64,000 nucleotides of DNA from the NCBI GenBank assembly GCA_002010065.2, contig MTMD02000001.1, positions 32,001-96,000 on the forward strand. The letters run 5' to 3'. Position 1 is the first letter of the stretch, and the number at the start of each line of letters is the position of its first letter. Below are positions 51,989 to 61,563 of the stretch, piece by piece. The translations under genes and the position numbers were made by a program. Below the pieces are notes generated by a model. The model was not told the origin of the DNA. It did not search any database and worked only from the letters and a program-made list of their open reading frames with translations. Source of the stretch: Candidatus Pyrohabitans jungbluthii. Lineage in GTDB: Archaea > Hydrothermarchaeota > Hydrothermarchaeia > Hydrothermarchaeales > BMS3B.

Positions 51989-52275
51989 TTACCTCTCTGG
52001 TTTTATTTTTGTCGACAAGGATATGGTGATGGTTTTTTGTTTATTTCCCTCTCCACCTAAGTTAAATATCCCTATATTTAGCCCACCAGAACCGCTGACT
52101 GTAACAGAGCCCCTAATCTCTATGGTTACATCACTTTCAGTTTCAATGCTTGCTTTAATTTCCTTGTTTATTGAGTCTAGAATTTCTCTAAGTTCAACTG
52201 TATTTTTGGTGGTTCTTTTACTTCTTTTCGAATTTCGGAAAAATCGATCGGACCAGTTGCAACATACATTTTCAT
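51989..52275 (-). pseudogene. frameshifted AT-rich small gene, Pepco/Trypco-like pattern
   Basis: MKMYVATGP...LEKF* overlaps a start-less frame ...LDSINKEIKASIETESDVTIEIRGSVTVSGSGGLNIGIFNLGGEGNKQKTITISLSTKIKPER*; 287 nt is one base short of a codon multiple. Confidence 0.45.
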
Positions 52276-52405
52276 ATACTTACCCCCTATATAGTTTCGT
52301 TAGATTTGGAATATTATTTATACTTATTGTCTATACTTTACTGTTTGTAGTATCCCACCACGTCACATTGAAAACAAATAAATACCCAGCGGGAAAGGAA
52401 TTACC

Positions 52406-53455
52406 ATGCCCACCTACGCTATGCGCACTGTGCTTGGGGTTTTCCTATTCTCCGAGGAGGGGAAGCTTCTTACCTTTGAACCTTTTGCCGAAGAGGAAGC
52501 TGCAGAGAAGATTTCTTCTCCAGAACTTACTGAAGAGGAAAAGAAGCTGAAGGAGAGGTTTCCGGATGCGAGATTTGAGCCCATTGATGAATTTCCAACC
52601 CCAGGTGGCGAGTTCCTGAGGAGCAATCTGGACGCCATTCTTTCGCAAATTGGGATGAGTAGAAGCGAGTACTACTCCCGCCTGCGCCGCGTTGCCTTCG
52701 CAATTGTCAAGGCGAAGCTTAAACGCTCCCTTGAAAAGCGGGACCTGCTCATAAAGCAGGCTGTGCTTGCCCTCGAGGAGCTGGACGAAGCCCTGAATGT
52801 GCTCTCCGCTCGGCTTAAAGAGTGGTACCTCATCCACTTCCCGGAGATTGAGGATATAGAGGCGGAGAAGCTGGCTGAGCTAATTCATCGCCACGGCAGA
52901 AGGGAAGCTCTTCCCGGTTATGCGGAGCTTGCGCAGCGCTCGGCCGGGGCTGAGCTTACAAACGAGGACATTGAGATGCTCCGCACCTTCGCCAAAGATG
53001 TACACCAGCTTTATAAGCTCAGGGATAAGCTCCAGAGCTACCTGCAGCAGCTGATGGAGACGCTGGCTCCAAATGTTAATTATCTAGTGGGCGCTACCAT
53101 AGGCGCAAAGCTTATTGCGCTTGCCGGTGGTATAGCAAAGCTCGCGGGTATGCCGGGTAGCAGAATTCAGGTTCTGGGCGCCGAGAAGGCGCTGTTCCGC
53201 CACCTTCGCGGGCGCGGTAGACCGCCCAAGCACGGGGTGATATTCCAGTACCCAGCGATTAAAGCGGCGCCAAAGTGGCAGCGGGGCAAGATTGCGAGAA
53301 GCCTCGCAGCGAAGCTTGCAATTGCCGCTCGCCTCGATGCATTTGGCGGAGAGTTCGCTGCAGAGGAGCTGAAAGAGAAGTTTGAGAGGCGCGTTGAGGA
53401 GATTAAGAAAAAGTACCCAGCGCCGCCAAAGCGGAAGAGGAGGCGGAGACGGTGA
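52406..53455 (+). CDS. nop5: box C/D RNP protein Nop5
   Basis: EWYLIHFPE, APN, IQVLGAEKALF, PPKHGVIF and RGKIAR motifs. Confidence 0.96.
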   Translation: MPTYAMRTVLGVFLFSEEGKLLTFEPFAEEEAAEKISSPELTEEEKKLKERFPDARFEPIDEFPTPGGEFLRSNLDAILSQIGMSRSEYYSRLRRVAFAIVKAKLKRSLEKRDLLIKQAVLALEELDEALNVLSARLKEWYLIHFPEIEDIEAEKLAELIHRHGRREALPGYAELAQRSAGAELTNEDIEMLRTFAKDVHQLYKLRDKLQSYLQQLMETLAPNVNYLVGATIGAKLIALAGGIAKLAGMPGSRIQVLGAEKALFRHLRGRGRPPKHGVIFQYPAIKAAPKWQRGKIARSLAAKLAIAARLDAFGGEFAAEELKEKFERRVEEIKKKYPAPPKRKRRRRR

Positions 53456-54111
53456 AGATTCAGGAGCTCTTCGATGGAGTTTACAGGATTGGCGAGGACA
53501 TAGCCACGCTCAATCTCACACCTGGCAAGAGGGTGTACGGGGAGAAGCTGGTGAGATGGGGAGGAAAGGAATACCGCCTGTGGAATCCCTACAGGAGCAA
53601 GCTCGCCGCCGCTATTCGCCTTGGACTTGAGCAGCTTCCGCTGGGCAAGAGCGCAAAGGTGCTCTATCTAGGCGCCGCTCAGGGCACGACTGCTTCGCAT
53701 GTGAGCGACATAGCGCGGGAAGGCGTTGTTTACTGCGTGGAGTTCTCACCCCGAGCAATGCAGTCTCTTCTCGCCTTAGCCGAGGCGAGGGAGAATATCA
53801 TACCCATCCTGGCGGACGCCTCAAAGCCCGAGAGCTACTCATACCTTCTAGAGAAGGTGGATGTGGTCTATCAGGACATCGCCCAGGCGAAACAGAGCGA
53901 GATTTTGCTGAAGAATGTGCGGGCGTACCTGAAGGAAGACGGTCACTTTATGCACGTGATTAAGGCGAGAAGTATAGATGTAACAGCGAAGCCGGAAGAG
54001 GTGTTTGAAAAAGAAGTAAAAAAGCTCAAGGAGGCTGGACTGGAAGTTATTCAGAAGCTGAGGCTCGAGCCCTACGAGAAGGACCACCTCTTTGTGCTGG
54101 GTAGAGCTTAG
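53452..54111 (+). CDS. flpA: fibrillarin-like rRNA/tRNA 2'-O-methyltransferase
   Basis: VYGE, WNPYRSKL, VLYLGAAQGTT and KARSID motifs. Confidence 0.96.
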   Translation: MKIQELFDGVYRIGEDIATLNLTPGKRVYGEKLVRWGGKEYRLWNPYRSKLAAAIRLGLEQLPLGKSAKVLYLGAAQGTTASHVSDIAREGVVYCVEFSPRAMQSLLALAEARENIIPILADASKPESYSYLLEKVDVVYQDIAQAKQSEILLKNVRAYLKEDGHFMHVIKARSIDVTAKPEEVFEKEVKKLKEAGLEVIQKLRLEPYEKDHLFVLGRA

Positions 54112-54296
54112 CGGCGCCACTCAGCGTAAACCGGACAGGTGATGCACTCAGCCGGCGGGGAATTCTTGTCCTCTATCTTCTCGGGGCACTCAGGATAGCT
54201 TCCGGTGCAGTTGGGATACTTCCTGCGTATCTTCTCCCACGCAATCTCAGCCTCAGACTTCCTCCTGGGCATCTTTTTCTGCTGCTTCCTCGCCAT
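54108..54296 (-). CDS. small basic protein with four Cys (possible metal binding)
   Basis: C-x6-C...CxxCP; GGTG RBS; follows the ASCH gene. Confidence 0.55.
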   Translation of the reverse strand: MARKQQKKMPRRKSEAEIAWEKIRRKYPNCTGSYPECPEKIEDKNSPPAECITCPVYAEWRR

Positions 54297-54350
54297 TCTT
54301 ACACCAAAAAAGTGTTGCTGTGCGGAGGGTATATAATACTTTTGGAAATC

Positions 54351-54668
54351 CTAAATAACAACCATCACCTCAAAATGCACTATGGTTACGAATTCACTTT
54401 CGCTCAGCTTTCCGTAAATTCGGCGCAGCACTCTGAGAAGCTCCTCTCTGCTGGCGAAGCCGTCCCGCCTGGCGTCCTCATCTGTAAGCTCGGCAATGCG
54501 TTTCACCTCGCTCCCTAGCACCCTTGCCTTGGCGAAGGGCTTGTGATTCACTGTAAGCTCTACCACCTCCCCCTTAGCGTACCTTCGCTTTCCCTTCCTC
54601 ACTGTCGTGCTCTTCCTGCCCCTGAGAATCAGCCCGACGTACTCAGGGTTGAAGTTTATTCTCCTCAT
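54351..54668 (-). CDS. ASCH-domain protein
   Basis: ILRGRKSTTVR and LTDEDARRDGF motifs. Confidence 0.9.
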   Translation of the reverse strand: MRRINFNPEYVGLILRGRKSTTVRKGKRRYAKGEVVELTVNHKPFAKARVLGSEVKRIAELTDEDARRDGFASREELLRVLRRIYGKLSESEFVTIVHFEVMVVI

Positions 54669-56934
54669 ACCACACCCACACCTTTCTTATCGCCCTGGTG
54701 AGCGTGCCAAAGGCGTTGCCCAGCTCATCCCAGCCCTTGTGCTGAAGGCACTTTCCTATTACAACAAGCTCCTCTTCGGGCGTAAGCTCCGCTCTCCTTG
54801 CTCTTGAGAAGTGGTATCTCATCAGCGGCTTGGCGATGTCACCTATGCTCTCGTAATAGCTCAGGTTGGAGAAGTACTTCTCAAGTCTGGTTTTGGCTAC
54901 GCGGTCTAAACTCGGGTCTGGCACCTTCGCATCTATCTTTAGGCTTCTAAGCATAAGCATCGCCACGCTCGTGTTGAGACTCCTCAGTTCGTCTGCCAAG
55001 TACTCTATCAGCCTCTTAACAAACTCCGCATTTATCTCCGCAACCCTCTTCTCAAGGCTGGAGGTAAGAGGTTTGATTACAACTAGGGTATGCTCCCCGG
55101 AAATCTCATTTCTCTGCGCTGTTATGTGCACCGGCACAAAGGCATTGCGATCCCAGAAGCGCATAAGCTCAGCAGAAACCCCAAAACCAGCGGCAAGGTA
55201 GGCATCGCCCCTCTCCCTTGCCCACTTCTCCAGCTCACGCAGCGCAAAGCTTCCTATACCAAGGTTCATCGCCTTAGGGTGGGTGGCAATCCTCACTATG
55301 CGAAGCCCTCTCAGCTTTGGAAACTCCTCATCGCAGTAGTGCTTGAGTATCACATCGGGCACAATTTGACCCTTAGGTCTGTAACCCTGAGCCATCGCAG
55401 CAATTAGCTCATCCTCAATCTCGCCCTCCTCAGCCACGTGGAGCGAAGCCACCGTTTTCCCGTTCGCCACCACGCGAAAGGCGAAGTGCTTTGGAATGTC
55501 GCCGAGGATGAGCACATCTGAAGGCTTGTTGCGGTAGTGGGCGAGAATATATATCCCGAAGAACTCCCTCAGTAAGCGGTCGTTGGAGTAAAGCTCGTCC
55601 CTGTCGAGGGGCTCAAAGCTAAGCTCCCCAGCTTTAATTGCTTCAAGGTCTCCATCGGTAAGCTGCGCAGGCTTGGCGTCAAGCAAGAGCACATCGTATA
55701 ACCATGCTTCTACGGGGTCGCCAGCAGCATAGCGTATGGGCTCTGAGAGGTTCATCTTTACAACCTCGTACTCACCAGAGGACTCGAATTTTCTCAGAAA
55801 GCGTATGCTGAATCCTCTACCCGCGCCCTCGTAGCCATGAATGGTGCTGGAGAAGATTATGTAATCCGCCTCGCCTCTGGTTAGCTCCCACAGTACCTCC
55901 ACTGCAAGCGCAGCAGCCTCGTCCACAATTATGACATCTGCATAGTCCTTTTCTGTCAGCGCCCTGCGCGGCACCGCATATTCCACGCGGGCGTACCTGC
56001 TGTTTATCAGCGTTATAAGTTCGCCCTTTTTCCTCACAAAAAAATCCGTCATCCCCTGCCTTATCATCGCCTTCTTGAGAAAGAGGAAGTAGGTCTGCAC
56101 TGCTCGCGGAGAGGGTGCCACCACGAGCACGCGAACAGCGCGCTTAAGCCTGCGGTTGAGCACAGAGATTAAGTAAGGCGTGAGTATACCCAGAAGCGCC
56201 GTCTTTCCCCTGCCTCTATCAGCAGTGATAACCGCTGCCTTCCGCTTGCCTGCGAGAAAGCCCTCAAACCGGCGAAGCACATCTACCTGGTCCTGGGTGG
56301 CGCACAGCTTATACAGCTTCTTCTTTATCTCACTCTCCTCAGGTAGCCTGAGCTTCTGCTTCTTCTCAGCGGTTTGCTTTAGGTCAAAGCCCTTGAGCAC
56401 CTCTCCAGCGTCGCAGTCGAAGAAGATAGCTCCCGCTGCCTGCATGCTCTTCTCTATAAACCTGCGGTAAAAGCGGGGAACAACCTCGCTTCGCTGAGCT
56501 TCGCCAGCGAGGTCTTCATGGAGCCAGGATATTAAGCTGCGCCATGCTTCTGGCTGAGGCGAGAGGGCGAGGATTACTCCACCTTCGGCGATGGTTTCAA
56601 CAGCTATGCCAAGGTCATTGGGGTTGAATCCCTGCGTCAGGTCGATGAGCAGCGCTTCGTAGGTCTCGCCCAACACGCGCTGCGCCTCCCCGAAGGCTAC
56701 GAATGCACCAGAGAAGCGCTTCTTTGCAGCGTCTATAAACTCTTCCTTACCTAATACGAGCAGCTTATCCTTCTTACCTGCAATTTTCCTCCATGCCTTC
56801 AAGACACGTGCAGCTAAGGCGAGCGTCTCCGTGTCCACCTCAGAGGTGCACAGGAACACAGCAAAGCGGTGGCGGTTGCGCAGCGAAATATTGCTCGCCC
56901 GTTTCACCTCAGAAAGAAGAGCCTCCACCGACAT
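54643..56934 (-). CDS. tmcA: tRNA/RNA cytidine N4-acetyltransferase (TmcA/Nat10)
   Basis: TADRGRGKT, DEAA, STIHGYEGAGRGF, EPIRY, AHYR and IVRIATHP motifs. Confidence 0.95.
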   Translation of the reverse strand: MSVEALLSEVKRASNISLRNRHRFAVFLCTSEVDTETLALAARVLKAWRKIAGKKDKLLVLGKEEFIDAAKKRFSGAFVAFGEAQRVLGETYEALLIDLTQGFNPNDLGIAVETIAEGGVILALSPQPEAWRSLISWLHEDLAGEAQRSEVVPRFYRRFIEKSMQAAGAIFFDCDAGEVLKGFDLKQTAEKKQKLRLPEESEIKKKLYKLCATQDQVDVLRRFEGFLAGKRKAAVITADRGRGKTALLGILTPYLISVLNRRLKRAVRVLVVAPSPRAVQTYFLFLKKAMIRQGMTDFFVRKKGELITLINSRYARVEYAVPRRALTEKDYADVIIVDEAAALAVEVLWELTRGEADYIIFSSTIHGYEGAGRGFSIRFLRKFESSGEYEVVKMNLSEPIRYAAGDPVEAWLYDVLLLDAKPAQLTDGDLEAIKAGELSFEPLDRDELYSNDRLLREFFGIYILAHYRNKPSDVLILGDIPKHFAFRVVANGKTVASLHVAEEGEIEDELIAAMAQGYRPKGQIVPDVILKHYCDEEFPKLRGLRIVRIATHPKAMNLGIGSFALRELEKWARERGDAYLAAGFGVSAELMRFWDRNAFVPVHITAQRNEISGEHTLVVIKPLTSSLEKRVAEINAEFVKRLIEYLADELRSLNTSVAMLMLRSLKIDAKVPDPSLDRVAKTRLEKYFSNLSYYESIGDIAKPLMRYHFSRARRAELTPEEELVVIGKCLQHKGWDELGNAFGTLTRAIRKVWVWYEENKLQP

Positions 56935-56976
56935 GATACCCCCATCTAATTGCTAAAATAACAACAAAAAGGCTCG

Positions 56977-58059
56977 CTACATCAGGAGGCTGAGGTACTC
57001 TTTAAGTAGCGACGGGTAAAGGCGTGGGTTGAATAGGATGTTGGTTATAAAGTAGCACTCATGAGTGCAGCAGCAGGCATTGCTCTTTATTTCAGCAACC
57101 ACCCGCCTCGCGTCCTGCGATGCGAGTAGCTTATTTATGTCGTAGTCATACTCGCGCAGATTTCCCATCTTCTTCTCAAGAAGCTCACACGGGTAAACGT
57201 CGCCGGATTCTGTTACCACCAGGTTGAGCTTGCCAGCGTAGCACGGAATTAGCCTGCGCTTCTCCTTGGCGGTGCGATATATCAGCCTGCGCTGGAGAAT
57301 GTCCTGTGCCGCCTTCAGCCTAGCCCCCGGGAAGCGGTACACCTTAGCCTTTCCAGAGCGCAGCTCCTGCTCCATCCTCTCAATAAGTTCGCGATAGCGT
57401 TCCATATCCACGCGTTTCATCTTCTCGCTCACGTCGCCGCGAATGAGCGAGAGGGTGTGGGTTTTTATGCTCTCCATGCGGGAGACGTACTCGAAGATCT
57501 CCTCTATTTTATCCTGGTTGGCGGAGCAGAACACGGTGTTTATGCCAAGCTCGAAGTTCGGGTACTTATCAAGCAGAGGCGAAAGCCTCTCGTATGTCTC
57601 AAGCACCTTCTCAAAGTTGCCCCTGACTCCGCGAATGGTGTCGTGGTCCTCGGCTATGCCGTCCAGGCTTAGTTTCACTGTTACTGTGCTCTTTCGGCAA
57701 TGCTTCAGAATCTCTTCAGTCTTTTCTGCGATGCGTTGCGGAAGAAGCCCATTGGTGGGCAGGAGCATAATCACCGGCTTAGTGTGCCTGTAAAAAACCT
57801 TTGCAATCTCAACTATATCTTCGCGGAGGAACACCTCGCCACCCGAGAAAGCCAGCCAGAGAAGTTCAGGCATGCTGGAGGCGAAGCGCTCAATCTCTCC
57901 CAGAGAAAGCTCATCCTCTTGCACTCCTCTTTTCTCTTCATTTAGATAGAAGCAGAACCTGCAGGCGGAGTTGCACCGCCTGGTTACAAAGAAGGTAAGC
58001 TGCACAGGCTTATCCTTGATAAACACCTGCCTCACGTGGCGCAGCGGCGAGTACCTCAT
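56977..58059 (-). CDS. radical SAM protein with SPASM/twitch domain
   Basis: CNSACRFC, SGGE, CYAG...GDVYPCE, C-terminal Cys cluster. Confidence 0.9.
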   Translation of the reverse strand: MRYSPLRHVRQVFIKDKPVQLTFFVTRRCNSACRFCFYLNEEKRGVQEDELSLGEIERFASSMPELLWLAFSGGEVFLREDIVEIAKVFYRHTKPVIMLLPTNGLLPQRIAEKTEEILKHCRKSTVTVKLSLDGIAEDHDTIRGVRGNFEKVLETYERLSPLLDKYPNFELGINTVFCSANQDKIEEIFEYVSRMESIKTHTLSLIRGDVSEKMKRVDMERYRELIERMEQELRSGKAKVYRFPGARLKAAQDILQRRLIYRTAKEKRRLIPCYAGKLNLVVTESGDVYPCELLEKKMGNLREYDYDINKLLASQDARRVVAEIKSNACCCTHECYFITNILFNPRLYPSLLKEYLSLLM

Positions 58060-59060
58060 CGCAAAACCCCCAGCTTCGCTTTGAGTATGTAGAGTCCTGT
58101 GCCTAAAGCGGCGCCTATCGCTACTGCAACGGGGTAAACAAGGAAGAAGTAAGCCGTAGCAGCAATCGCGAAGCCTGCGCCTTTTGCATTATAAAAGCTC
58201 CTTATGAGATTGCGGCTTACGTAGAGGTTGAGGAACTGCGGGAGAAGGGCAAGAGCTAGGGGAGTGCCAAAGAAAGCCCAGCTTAAGAGCAGCGCAAGGG
58301 TGGCAAAGAACATTGCCACGTTCACCTTGAGCTCCACCGATGCAGCGCCAGAATCAGCGAGCAGATCGCGATTGCGCAGGGAGTAGAGCGTCCAGTACAT
58401 GCTCTTTCGCACAGCGTTTCTCAGGGATTTTAAAAGGTTGAAGTTGAAGATATGCCCCACCTGTATCCTGGGATCCAACCTGAGCCTGTAGCCAGCCCTT
58501 TTAAGTCTGTGGCTGAACTCCACATCTTCCACGCTGGTGGTGTGCCCCATGAGATTATCCCTTACAAAACCGCCAGAGCTTTTGAAAAGCTGCGCATCTA
58601 TAGCCAGGCAGTGCGTTGCGAGGTAGTCCGCCTCCTCGCGCTTGGTCTCGCAGTAGTTGACGTAGACCGATTGAAAGGTGCTGAAGAACCCCTGGGAGAA
58701 AGGTGGTATCTTGGTGTAGGTGCCGCCCACTATGCGAGAGCCGTTGCTCATGGCACGATTCACAAGCTTCAGCGTGTCCCTTGCGAGCACACAGTCCGCG
58801 TCTATGAAAAGCAGAACCTCGCCTTTGCTGTGCTCAGCGCCGACGTTTCGCGCCACGCTCGGGCCGAGCTGCCTCTCAAGCTTTATCAGCCTGCATGGAT
58901 AGCGCTTTATAATCTCTACCGAGGCGTCTGTCGACGCGTCATCAACCACGATTACCTCGAAGTTGGAGTAATCAGAAGCAAATACGCTCTCAAGGCACGC
59001 TTCCAGCGTAGCAGAGCCATTTCTGTTTGGTATTATCACAGAGATGAACTTCTCCTTCAT
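58056..59060 (-). CDS. GT2-family glycosyltransferase with C-terminal TM helices
   Basis: SVIIP, VDDAS, ARN, DAD and ED motifs. Confidence 0.92.
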   Translation of the reverse strand: MKEKFISVIIPNRNGSATLEACLESVFASDYSNFEVIVVDDASTDASVEIIKRYPCRLIKLERQLGPSVARNVGAEHSKGEVLLFIDADCVLARDTLKLVNRAMSNGSRIVGGTYTKIPPFSQGFFSTFQSVYVNYCETKREEADYLATHCLAIDAQLFKSSGGFVRDNLMGHTTSVEDVEFSHRLKRAGYRLRLDPRIQVGHIFNFNLLKSLRNAVRKSMYWTLYSLRNRDLLADSGAASVELKVNVAMFFATLALLLSWAFFGTPLALALLPQFLNLYVSRNLIRSFYNAKGAGFAIAATAYFFLVYPVAVAIGAALGTGLYILKAKLGVLR

Positions 59061-59104
59061 TCATTTAAAAGCCACAGGTTAACCTGCCCTGCGATATTTG
59101 TAGG

Positions 59105-60850
59105 ATGTTATCTATACTATATAGGACAATCACGGAGAGAGGTTTTAAATTGCAAACAGATGAGCTTAAAAGTAAGCTGCTGAGCACCCGAGGCATAGCT
59201 GTCGCCTCTCTGGTTATAACCCTCCTGCTCTTCCACTTCCGTAGCTATGATGACAATCGCACTACAAGCTGGCGCTGGGTTTTTGCCAGCGGCGACACCA
59301 GCTTTGCTGTGCTGCTTTGCCTCTTCGCCTTGGGCATTGCCTATATATTCTCCAAAATTGAAGTAAAGGAGCGCCACGAGGGGAAGGTACTCTTCGCCTT
59401 CGCCTTTATCTCAGGCGTCCTTTTTCTCCCAATACCAGAGATTATGATAGACACAGCGCGATACTTCACCTATGCCAAGTACGCCGAGCTTTATGGCTTG
59501 GGCTACTTTGTGAAGGAGTGGGGGTACGCGATAAAGCCCTGGACAGACCTGCCTCTGGTGCCCTTCATCTATGGCATAATTTTCCGCTTTCTGGGTGAGT
59601 CCAGGCTGTACATTCAGGTATTCAATCTGCTCCTCTTCTCGAGCAGTGTGCTGCTAACTATGAGAATTGGTGACGTGCTCTTTGGAAAAGGTACAGGCTT
59701 CTACGCCGGCTTGGCTCTGCTCGCCATGCCCTACTTTCTCATTCAGGTGCCCCAGATGATGGTAGACGTGGCAACGATGTTCTTCCTAACCTTGGCGGTT
59801 TACTCCACAATAAACGCACTGGAAAAGGGCACCCTCGCTGCGGCAGCATTTGCAGGAGTTGCGGTAGCTTTAGCCTTCTTCTCGAAGTACTCCACCTGGA
59901 CAATGCTCTCCGTGCTAGCGGTGGTTTTTGTGATATATGCTAGAAAAAACATGGAGAAAGCGCTTAAAATATATACGATAATCGCTGCCCTTTCTGGCTT
60001 GCTAATCGCAGCGGTTATACTGCCAAAGCTTCCTGTGTTTGTAGAGCAAATCGAGCTCTTGAGGAGTTATCAAGCCCCAGGGCTGAGAAGGTGGAGTGAG
60101 AGCTACCTCTCGACCTTCTTCTTTCAGATTCACCCCTTTGTGAGCCTCGCCGCAATTTATGCCCTCTACCTGGCGGTAAAAGAAAGGCGTGGCGAAGTAG
60201 CCATAGCTTTGTGGCCTTTCTTACTGCTTTTTCTCCTGGATGTAAAGAGGATACGCTACACACTGCCCCTGTTCCCCATGCTGGCGCTGCTTGCGGGCTA
60301 TGCAATAAGCAGGGTAAAAGACGCTGAGACAAGGAAATTTCTCGCCGGTTACGCAATGAGCTTTTCCATTCTCCTCGCCCTCTTCGCCTTTCTGCCATTC
60401 ATTGAATCACTGAGCATTGTAAATCTTCGCGATGCTGGAGAGTTTCTCGACACCCTGAGCGTTGAAGAGGTTGAGGTCCATACGTGGGTACCGCCAAAGA
60501 CTAGCTACAACCCCAGCATAGCCGTTGCAATGCTTGACCTTTTTACGAGCAAAGAGATAATCTATAATCCTGATCCAATAATCCCGCCTGAGAAAGAAAA
60601 AATACTGCGCTCGCCCATAAGATTCACCTGGGAGTATGAGGTTCCCCCCTACTACAGGCGCAACTCCTCCGCAGAGGTCGTGGTTATAATTCAGAGGCAG
60701 TACAATGGCATGCCCGCATATCTTGAGCAGAGAGTTTCCAACCTGACCCTTCTCGCAAGATTCAACTCCACCATAGAGGGGCTATTCCGCTTCCGCACCC
60801 TCATAGATGTATATGGCCCTGCGCAGATTTCGCAGGTAGAGAAAAAATAG
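59105..60850 (+). CDS. polytopic GT-C (ArnT/PMT-like) glycosyltransferase
   Basis: Multiple TM helices; DTARY, DLPL, SKY and RYTLPLFP motifs. Confidence 0.78.
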   Translation: MLSILYRTITERGFKLQTDELKSKLLSTRGIAVASLVITLLLFHFRSYDDNRTTSWRWVFASGDTSFAVLLCLFALGIAYIFSKIEVKERHEGKVLFAFAFISGVLFLPIPEIMIDTARYFTYAKYAELYGLGYFVKEWGYAIKPWTDLPLVPFIYGIIFRFLGESRLYIQVFNLLLFSSSVLLTMRIGDVLFGKGTGFYAGLALLAMPYFLIQVPQMMVDVATMFFLTLAVYSTINALEKGTLAAAAFAGVAVALAFFSKYSTWTMLSVLAVVFVIYARKNMEKALKIYTIIAALSGLLIAAVILPKLPVFVEQIELLRSYQAPGLRRWSESYLSTFFFQIHPFVSLAAIYALYLAVKERRGEVAIALWPFLLLFLLDVKRIRYTLPLFPMLALLAGYAISRVKDAETRKFLAGYAMSFSILLALFAFLPFIESLSIVNLRDAGEFLDTLSVEEVEVHTWVPPKTSYNPSIAVAMLDLFTSKEIIYNPDPIIPPEKEKILRSPIRFTWEYEVPPYYRRNSSAEVVVIIQRQYNGMPAYLEQRVSNLTLLARFNSTIEGLFRFRTLIDVYGPAQISQVEKK

Positions 60851-60859
60851 GGGGAGAGA

Positions 60860-61048
60860 CTAAATCCTCCTGTTCAACTCCTCAAGCAGCTTCTCGAGGT
60901 CTAACCCGCGGTCCTCAGCAACCTCTCGCAGTGTGCGCTTCATCGTAGTAAAGTCGCACTCACAGATATTGTGCTCCAAGAGGTAATCCACAGCTTCCGG
61001 ATACTCCCTGAAAATCTGGGCTATTTTCATATCAGGCGTTATCGCCAT
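60860..61048 (-). CDS. small DUF1858/ScdA-N-like protein
   Basis: ITPDMKIAQIFREYPEA...CEC...TLREVAEDRGLDLEKLLEELN. Confidence 0.7.
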   Translation of the reverse strand: MAITPDMKIAQIFREYPEAVDYLLEHNICECDFTTMKRTLREVAEDRGLDLEKLLEELNRRI

Positions 61049-61052
61049 GGCG

Positions 61053-61508
61053 CTACCTCGCCACAAGAACGCTGCACGGCGCGCGCTCCACAACCTCCCT
61101 ACCAACGCTGCCCATCAGCATAGTCCTGCGCTTTGAATGGGGCCCCACAACGATGATGTCAGCGCCCTCCTCTTCGGCGGTCTTTATTATCTCCTCCGCT
61201 GGGTGCCCTATCTTAACTATCTCCTTCGCCACAAGCACACTGCTCTCGAGGCAGGTCTTTGCCGTTTCAAGCACCTTTTTACCACTCTCGGTGAGAAGGT
61301 CTGCAAAGTTCTTACCTTCCTTCTTTAGACTCTCCAGCACCTCAGTAAACTCTGGTTTTCCCAGAAGCTCATAGTCATAAAGGTCACTGAGGTGAGCTAC
61401 ATATACAAGACAAAGCTCTGCGCCGAACTTCTCGGCAAGTTTCCCCCCCATGTTCAAAGCTTTAACGGAACTCTCGCTCCCATCAAAAGCAACAAGCACT
61501 TTCTTCAT
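61053..61508 (-). CDS. universal stress protein
   Basis: VAFDGSE, GHPAEEI, MGSV and PCSVLV motifs. Confidence 0.93.
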   Translation of the reverse strand: MKKVLVAFDGSESSVKALNMGGKLAEKFGAELCLVYVAHLSDLYDYELLGKPEFTEVLESLKKEGKNFADLLTESGKKVLETAKTCLESSVLVAKEIVKIGHPAEEIIKTAEEEGADIIVVGPHSKRRTMLMGSVGREVVERAPCSVLVAR

Positions 61509-61528
61509 CTAAAATACACCTCCAATAT

Positions 61529-61555
61529 AAAAAGACGTAGGGAAGTCCCTACGTC
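61529..61555 (-). terminator. hairpin + T5 terminator after the cupredoxin gene
   Basis: GACGTAGGGA/TCCCTACGTC inverted repeat followed by TTTTT on the minus strand. Confidence 0.65.
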
Positions 61556-61563
61556 AGTAGCCT

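Noticed and set aside
52023-52550. 175-aa plus-strand ORF
   Set aside because: Overlaps nop5 out of frame and reads as the hydrophobic antisense of an AT-rich minus-strand frame.
52406-53455. Nop-domain protein as a TIGR-Tas or IS110-like effector
   Set aside because: Canonical nop5-fibrillarin operon with no adjacent array or nuclease domain.
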